This document shows, piece after piece, positions 58,038-64,000 of a stretch of DNA of 64,000 nt (the stretch's first letter is position 1; each line of letters opens with the position of its first letter). The DNA lies in assembly GCA_046734955.1 (NCBI GenBank), contig JBKPSH010000004.1, positions 43,944-107,943 of the forward strand. The letters are read 5' to 3'. Origin of the DNA: Acidobacteriota bacterium. GTDB lineage: Bacteria; Acidobacteriota; Vicinamibacteria; Vicinamibacterales; 2-12-FULL-66-21. Under the pieces are notes generated by a model. It ran no database searches. It was not told the DNA's origin and saw only the letters and a program-made list of their open reading frames with translations. Made by a program: the position numbers and the translations under genes.

Positions 58038-60575
58038 CGCGGTTTGCCTGCTGGCTTCGCGCCCAGGCAGCAACGCACTCCCCCAGCTACCCGCGATCAG
58101 CGCGCTGACGTTGGCGAGGGCGACCGGCCATTCCACCGCGCTCTGATATGCCATGTACCGCGGCACCCATTCCGGATCGAACTTCTGCTTGTAGAAACGC
58201 ACGCCCTGGAAGTTGTACCAATGATCACCGCGCCGGAAGAGCAAGCCTGCCAGACGTTCGCCGATGCGCGCGCCGCGATGTTCGCCCACGGACGCGAGCG
58301 GTGCCATTCCCAGGTTGAACGTTCGATAGCCTTCGCTCTTTCCGTGCAGCATCGTTGACAGCAGCAGAAAGTCCATGACGCTCGGACCGTCGGTTCGATA
58401 CCGCATTAGATCGACTGACAACTCCAGGTGACGTGGGCCTTCGAGCAGGTTCGCAAACGCCAGCAATCGGCCTCCAGTCCGCGCTTCCACGACTGCGCAG
58501 GGAAAGCGCCGTATGTAAGCGTCATCGAAATAGCCGATTGAGAACTGACGCTCGGTGACTTCCTTGGCGCGGAGCCATGCTGAGGAAATATCGGCCAGTT
58601 CATCAATGCGCTCGGCGATCTCGGCCGGCTGCATGACGCGGAAGGCGATGTCGTCGCGATCGCCGCGGCGAAGAATCTGCCGCATCATCTTGCCGGCGTG
58701 TCCTTCCACCGTGAGCCGATCGAGATGAACGTATGCTTCCTCTCCGAGTTTGAAGAAGTGGTAGCCGCGATCGTGCAGCAGCGGAATCCAGTCGAGGGAA
58801 ATCTGATAAAAGAGCGGCCGCCGGTCGATGTGCGCGGCAAAGGCAAACAGTCCGTTCAAGAATGCGGTGCGTTCGGACGATGAGGTCACCATCGGATCGG
58901 AAAACACGGTGAAGTACGGGCCGATGGTCCGGTAGAGGCAAAAACCGCGTTGACCGTCAAAGAACACGGACTTGTCGCCGACCGCGACCATGATGGGCGT
59001 CGTACCGGTGCCATAGCGCGCATGGGCGGTGAGCGTGTGCTGAATCTCCTCTTCGGTCGGCGGCTCAAAGCGCACCGGCGTGCGGATCAGGACATACAGT
59101 GTCGCTGCGCCCACCACGGCACCCATCGTTGCAGCAGTGCGAAGGAACCGCGCGCCCTGCAGGCGATAGCCGATAGCCGTCCAGCGTTCGAGCGCAGTGA
59201 AGTCAAGGTGATGAGAGAACGTCCCGAACAGCACGAAGACCAGCAGCGCGGCAAATCCGACGGCGAGATCTCCCCAGTCGAGCCAGTCACCGCCGCTCGC
59301 GCGGTCGAACAGCGACGACTGCGACCATGCCGACGCACCAATTGCGGCGAGCACAGCCGCCTCTTCCCAGTCGAGGCCTTTTAGCAGGGATGCAAACCCT
59401 CCCAAGAGCAGCAGCGCGATCGTCAGTTTGTAGGCACTCGTGTATCCGCGAGACAGGCCACGCGCAAGCACGAGAAGGATCAGTCCGGCGAGCGCAGCCG
59501 CGAGTTGTCCGAACTCGACGAGTGGAAGTGGGAGATACCGCTCCATCAATACGACGCGCGCGTGAATGGCGGGCGACGCAGTGCTCAGGATCATCACGAT
59601 GCCGCCAGCCGCAACCAGGCTTGCGGTGATGCGGCGCGCGATGTCGATGCGCCGCGACGACATGCGGGTCGCCCAGGACAGCAGCACCATCGACGCGATG
59701 AACCACGGCGCGACGTAATAAATGAATCTGAACGCGCCCAACGCACCCGCCGTCACGTTTTGATCGAAGGGCAGCCTGGCAATCCAGAATGCGTCGCTGC
59801 TGCCGAACCCACCCGGGACGAGGCTGGCAAGGCCAATCACCTGGCCGAAGAAAAACTCGGTGACGAGATCCAGAGGCGCCGCGGTGCGACCCGTTGCCCG
59901 GAGACATGCGACGAAGACTGTCGCCGCAAGCAACCAATCGAGCCAGCCAACAATCGCCATTTCGAGCGTGCGTCCCGATCCGGCGAGCGGACCGCCGAAC
60001 CGATCCGTGCGCTGCGCGATTGCGCGACCGCACCAGGCGGCAGCAATCACAAACCCGAGCGCCATCAGGGCAAGCACCGGCATGCCGGCGGCAATTCGGG
60101 AAGCAACGAGCGATGCAGCCGTCCAGCCGGCGAGGCCGGACACGAACGCGATGATCACCGAGACAATCCCGGCGTGGAGTTCGGAAAGCTCCGTGACGCT
60201 GCGGCGATACAGCCAGAATCGAATCGCCGGACCGGCCAGCGGGCCAAGCGTGAGGAAGTTGCTCCAGCAGAACGCGACGGCTCCGAACGTCCACCGCTCG
60301 ATCGCGCGGGTCCGGGTTTCACCAAACGCCATCACGTCATAGAGGCCCATGATCGCGATATTGAGAACGGTCACGATCGCGGCAATGGAGAGCGGACGCG
60401 AATCAAGCGACCGCAGGATCACCCGGACTTCGCGGGTGTGGATGCCACGGAGGGAATGCCACGACAACACAATGACGGAGGTGACCAGCACGACACCCCA
60501 GATGCGAGTCGCGTTTGCGATAATCCACGCAGATGCCGCGTCAATTCGCGGATGATCGCGCCATCGTTGCATCAA
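57999..60575 (-). CDS. mprF: Bifunctional aminoacyl-phosphatidylglycerol flippase/synthase
   Basis: Multi-TM N-terminus (VPGGFG); KLGEEA, SVDLMRY, FNLGMAPL, YNFQG..YKQKFDPEW.PRY. Confidence 0.92.
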   Translation of the reverse strand: MMQRWRDHPRIDAASAWIIANATRIWGVVLVTSVIVLSWHSLRGIHTREVRVILRSLDSRPLSIAAIVTVLNIAIMGLYDVMAFGETRTRAIERWTFGAVAFCWSNFLTLGPLAGPAIRFWLYRRSVTELSELHAGIVSVIIAFVSGLAGWTAASLVASRIAAGMPVLALMALGFVIAAAWCGRAIAQRTDRFGGPLAGSGRTLEMAIVGWLDWLLAATVFVACLRATGRTAAPLDLVTEFFFGQVIGLASLVPGGFGSSDAFWIARLPFDQNVTAGALGAFRFIYYVAPWFIASMVLLSWATRMSSRRIDIARRITASLVAAGGIVMILSTASPAIHARVVLMERYLPLPLVEFGQLAAALAGLILLVLARGLSRGYTSAYKLTIALLLLGGFASLLKGLDWEEAAVLAAIGASAWSQSSLFDRASGGDWLDWGDLAVGFAALLVFVLFGTFSHHLDFTALERWTAIGYRLQGARFLRTAATMGAVVGAATLYVLIRTPVRFEPPTEEEIQHTLTAHARYGTGTTPIMVAVGDKSVFFDGQRGFCLYRTIGPYFTVFSDPMVTSSSERTAFLNGLFAFAAHIDRRPLFYQISLDWIPLLHDRGYHFFKLGEEAYVHLDRLTVEGHAGKMMRQILRRGDRDDIAFRVMQPAEIAERIDELADISSAWLRAKEVTERQFSIGYFDDAYIRRFPCAVVEARTGGRLLAFANLLEGPRHLELSVDLMRYRTDGPSVMDFLLLSTMLHGKSEGYRTFNLGMAPLASVGEHRGARIGERLAGLLFRRGDHWYNFQGVRFYKQKFDPEWVPRYMAYQSAVEWPVALANVSALIAGSWGSALLPGREASRQTARIANHSSLIVNH

Positions 60576-61360
60576 TTACCCTTTCGCGCGGAGTGCGCGA
60601 TCCACGCGAGGCCCGCGGTATAGGCGGCACTCAGTTCCGATCGTCTGTCGGTAAACCGGTGATTGCTCGCGTCGATCAATATCTGCTTCTTCGGCTCGCG
60701 CGCGGTGGCGAGCAGCCGCTCACGTTCGATCTCGGGTACGTACTCGTCCTTCGTCGACTGAATCATGCAGAGAGGAATGGGTGCCACCGTCGCGATCACG
60801 TCCTTTGCCGCAAACGAGGGCTCATCCGCATCGTGCTTGGTGATCCATGCAGCGGCATCACTCCACCGCCACGCCAGCTCCGCGGTCGGCGGTAAACCCA
60901 TCGTGATTACGCCATTGATCCATGCGTGATTGACGGGATCCGACGACGCGAGCACGGCGAGCGCTGCGCCTTCCGACACGCCCGAGACGATGATTGGACC
61001 GTCGAGACGACGCGTTTGCTTCAGTGTCGCAATCAGGAAACGGTAGTCACCGGGGACGTCAGTGGTCTGGAGGTGGTTCGAACCGGCGGTGAACGCCGCG
61101 AGATATTGACGGACGTTGATGCCGACAACCGTGTAGCCTTGCGCCGAAAGTTCCTCGGCCATCGAGGCAGCAAGGCCCACCCATCCGACATCGCCGCTGC
61201 CCATGACAATCGTCCCGCGCGATTGCGCGTGCGGCGAATAAATTGTCAGCGTGAGGATTTTGCCGCGCACGGCGACGTCAACCTTCTCGGCCGCGCGCGC
61301 ATTGGTCGACCACGAGAGCGCGGCGACGACACACAACAGCCGGAGACACGTGCTGAGCAC
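60572..61360 (-). CDS. AcvB/VirJ-like alpha/beta hydrolase
   Basis: Signal peptide, SGDVGW, GVSEG, STKD, SNHRF; stop overlaps the mprF start. Confidence 0.82.
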   Translation of the reverse strand: MLSTCLRLLCVVAALSWSTNARAAEKVDVAVRGKILTLTIYSPHAQSRGTIVMGSGDVGWVGLAASMAEELSAQGYTVVGINVRQYLAAFTAGSNHLQTTDVPGDYRFLIATLKQTRRLDGPIIVSGVSEGAALAVLASSDPVNHAWINGVITMGLPPTAELAWRWSDAAAWITKHDADEPSFAAKDVIATVAPIPLCMIQSTKDEYVPEIERERLLATAREPKKQILIDASNHRFTDRRSELSAAYTAGLAWIAHSARKGN

Positions 61361-61659
61361 GAGCTTCTCCTTTGCGGTCGACGCCTCCTCTAAAAGCTTA
61401 ACGCAGAACCGAATACAAAAGTTTTACCGACGCGTTTCCGCCTCATCGTGGCGGTCTCGCCCGGAGGACGGCTCACTGAGATGTGCCGCTTGTGCTCCTC
61501 CGAAGAAAAGCGGCCGACTGCGACGGCTCCTCCGCCCTAAGAACGACGAGAGACAGGAACCCGACGACAAACGCAAGGATAACGGGGAAGATGTGCCACG
61601 ACGAATCCGTGTAATTCGGGCGTGTCTTGCGCTGTCGGGCAGGAGACTGCCGGATTCCG

Positions 61660-62106
61660 TCATGTGCATCCGGCTCTGAACGGCGTGATGGTAACGGTGT
61701 AGGTCACCGTCTCGTCCGACGATCTGTTCTGCAGCACGATCCGGGTGCGAGTGCCGTGCGGCTGGAGGGTGTTGCCGAACCGCAACCCCCCTGTTGGACG
61801 CGGCACCATCGTCGCGTCGTAAAACGACCCGCAAACGTCGTCTGCCGCAGGCAGACATGACGAATCGATTTGGCGTAAACGCAAAGGGATCGTGGTCGAA
61901 TCCAGAATGAAATCCAAATTGATTTGGGTTGTCGACGCCGGTATGTCAGCGTCGTAGAACCGGATTTCGCCCGGGGCAAGCGTCGCCGAGTAGCTGGTCG
62001 CCACCCCTGTCGGTCCGGCAACCGACGAACAGCAGCCGCAACACACCAGAGCGCTGCCGAACGCGACGCTCATCAGGCTGCTCCTGAGCTGGTCAATCGG
62101 TAACAT
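61660..62106 (-). CDS. Hypothetical (possible lipoprotein)
   Basis: 148-aa ORF with a Cys-rich signal-like N-terminus. Confidence 0.5.
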   Translation of the reverse strand: MLPIDQLRSSLMSVAFGSALVCCGCCSSVAGPTGVATSYSATLAPGEIRFYDADIPASTTQINLDFILDSTTIPLRLRQIDSSCLPAADDVCGSFYDATMVPRPTGGLRFGNTLQPHGTRTRIVLQNRSSDETVTYTVTITPFRAGCT

Positions 62107-62140
62107 GTGATTTCTTCTTTACCTACTGCGTCGAAGCACG

Positions 62141-62591
62141 ATGAAACGGCTCATTGCGCTGACCGAATGGTGCCACGCCGATTGAATGCAACGCTCCGAT
62201 GACCACATCGAGGACTGGTATGGTGAGGGTAATTTCAATCGAACGCCGTTGCTGTATGCATATGTGAAGAGCCTCGGTACTCGGCCTGCCCGATGGGAAC
62301 CAGGCGTGCGCGTGGGAGCAGCAATGGATGGTAGCCGACTCGTACTCTCAGTGACGGCTCCCTCGCCACCGCGGGATTCAGTTCGATTATGCTCGGCACC
62401 GCCGGATGATGAACCTGCAGCAGAATCTGGTACGACTGAACGAATTCCCCGAATGGTTCACCGTTGATGAGAATATGCTTTACCCGGTTGGTCGCGCAGG
62501 AACGACTGGCGAAGTGCGCCTCGGATCCGAACTGATTGCCGGCATCACGCTCAACGCCGGCACATGGATCGTCGAAGCATTGAAGCGGTAG
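62141..62591 (+). pseudogene. 5'-truncated, frameshifted gene remnant
   Basis: Protein-like EDWYGEGNFNRT..LYAY in one frame continues as QFDYARHRRMMNL...RLNEFPEWFTVD in another; in-frame stop at 62183. Confidence 0.5.
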
Positions 62592-62650
62592 CCGCAGCGA
62601 ATCCCGGGAACCGGATCCCGATCCGACCGAAAACGTTAATCGGAGGAGTC

Positions 62651-64000
62651 ATGACTTTTGCTCACGCGGTCGTCGCACTGCTGCTCGTTGCCTGGATGCC
62701 ATTCACGGAGGCGGCAAGACAGACGGCGCGTCAGCCCAAGCAGTACACCATCGAGCAGTTCCTGAACACGACATCAATCACCGGTGCCTCGTTTTCAGCC
62801 GACGAGTCTCGAATCCTGTTTTCGTCAAACAAGACCGGCATCTGGAACGCATACACGGTTCCGGTCGGCGGTGGAACGTGGACACCGATGACGTCGTCAA
62901 CAACGGATTCGACCTACGGCGTGTCATTCTTTCCGACCGACGACCGCATCCTGATTACGCGCGATCAGGGCGGCAACGAGTTGAATCACCTGTATGTCCG
63001 CACGCCGGCTGGCGAAGAGCGCGATCTGACACCGGGCGAGAAGCTGAAGGCAGTCTTCATGCAGTTTTCGGCGGACGGCTCCGCATTCTACGTGCAGACC
63101 AACGAGCGGGACGCCAAAGCATTTGACATCTACCGTTACGACTCGAAGACCTACGCCCGCACCATGCTCTTCGAAAACAAGGATGGTTATTTGCCGTCGG
63201 ACGTTTCCGACGATGGGAAGTGGGTGTCGCTGGACAAGGTGATCACGACCAACGACTCGGATGTTTACGTCTGGAGCGCAACGTCGAAGCAGACGGTCCG
63301 CGTCTCGCCACACCAGGGACAGGTCAGCTTCTCGTCGTTTGGTTTCGACCCGTCGGCAACGCACCTTTATTACACGACGAATGACGGAGGCGAATTCGCC
63401 CGACTGCGCCGTTACACACTCGCTGGCGGACAACAGGAGGATGTCGAAAAGGCCGACTGGGACATTGTCGGCCACGGCTTCTCGCACACCGGCAAGTATC
63501 GCGCGACAATTGTGAACAAAGATGCGCGGCCGGAAGTCCGGATGTACGAGACGGCGACCAATCGCCTCATGCCGCTGCCTGCGATTCCGAATGGCGGAAT
63601 CACCACGATCAAGATCGCACGCAGTGAGAAGAAGGCGGCGCTCTACGTCAACGGCGATCGCTCACCCAACAACCTCTACGTCCTCGATCTCGCGACCAAG
63701 AAGCTGGCGAAGCTGACCGAGTCGCTCAGTCCGGACATCGATGCCAACGATCTCGTCGACGCTGAAGTCGTACGCTTCAAGGCGCGTGACGGAATGACGA
63801 TTCCGAACATCTTGTTCAAACCGCACCAGGCGTCAGCATCCAGTAAAGCGCCGGCGCTCGTGCTGGTCCACGGCGGCCCGGGTGGCCAGACGACCCCCGC
63901 ATACAACGCGCTGTCGCAGTATCTCGTAAACCACGGATACGTCGTCCTTGGAATCAACAACCGCGGGAGTTCCGGCTACGGGAAGACGTTGTTTGCCGCC
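62651..64000 (+). CDS. S9 family (acylaminoacyl/prolyl oligo)peptidase, 3' end outside window
   Basis: GGAGG then MTFAHAVVALLL...; propeller region, then VLVHGGPGGQ and NNRGSSGYGK. Not in the ORF track. Confidence 0.9.
   Translation, partial: MTFAHAVVALLLVAWMPFTEAARQTARQPKQYTIEQFLNTTSITGASFSADESRILFSSNKTGIWNAYTVPVGGGTWTPMTSSTTDSTYGVSFFPTDDRILITRDQGGNELNHLYVRTPAGEERDLTPGEKLKAVFMQFSADGSAFYVQTNERDAKAFDIYRYDSKTYARTMLFENKDGYLPSDVSDDGKWVSLDKVITTNDSDVYVWSATSKQTVRVSPHQGQVSFSSFGFDPSATHLYYTTNDGGEFARLRRYTLAGGQQEDVEKADWDIVGHGFSHTGKYRATIVNKDARPEVRMYETATNRLMPLPAIPNGGITTIKIARSEKKAALYVNGDRSPNNLYVLDLATKKLAKLTESLSPDIDANDLVDAEVVRFKARDGMTIPNILFKPHQASASSKAPALVLVHGGPGGQTTPAYNALSQYLVNHGYVVLGINNRGSSGYGKTLFAA

Noticed and set aside
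61473-61640. Minus-strand frame with a hydrophobic stretch (IFPVILAFVVGFLSLVVL)
   Set aside because: No start codon is in frame after the upstream stop, so it cannot be supported as a gene.

Overview
High-GC bacterial chromosomal segment with about 55 protein-coding genes. It is most likely Acidobacteriota (Vicinamibacteria-like), inferred from two ADOP-type duplicated permeases, an acidobacterial-type cytochrome c/PQQ-like protein and the general gene content. No rRNA, tRNA, CRISPR array, integrase or transposase is visible. Content: housekeeping and metabolic genes (proline dehydrogenase, gluQ, glpK/glpD, SWIM-SNF2 helicase, amino-acid ABC transporter, two FKBPs, mprF with two AcvB/VirJ-like hydrolases, S9 peptidase, sulfatase), stress-type genes and many secreted proteins. 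The most unusual signals are: (i) a dense set of several unrelated 7-bp and 9-bp tandem-repeat families, plus nested REP-like palindromes, sitting at gene boundaries, often as inverted pairs and sometimes translated; (ii) a sigma54-type-promoter operon of cupredoxin-like protein, HAMP/HD-GYP protein and beta-barrel; (iii) an unexplained promoter-driven structured RNA containing a 6-codon MDTPPG uORF; (iv) an RGPP-tailed putative arrest/leader protein upstream of a radical SAM-DegT-DedA operon; (v) an unannotated 55-aa Cys/His microprotein next to a metallothionein. All product calls come from motif recognition by eye; no database search was run.
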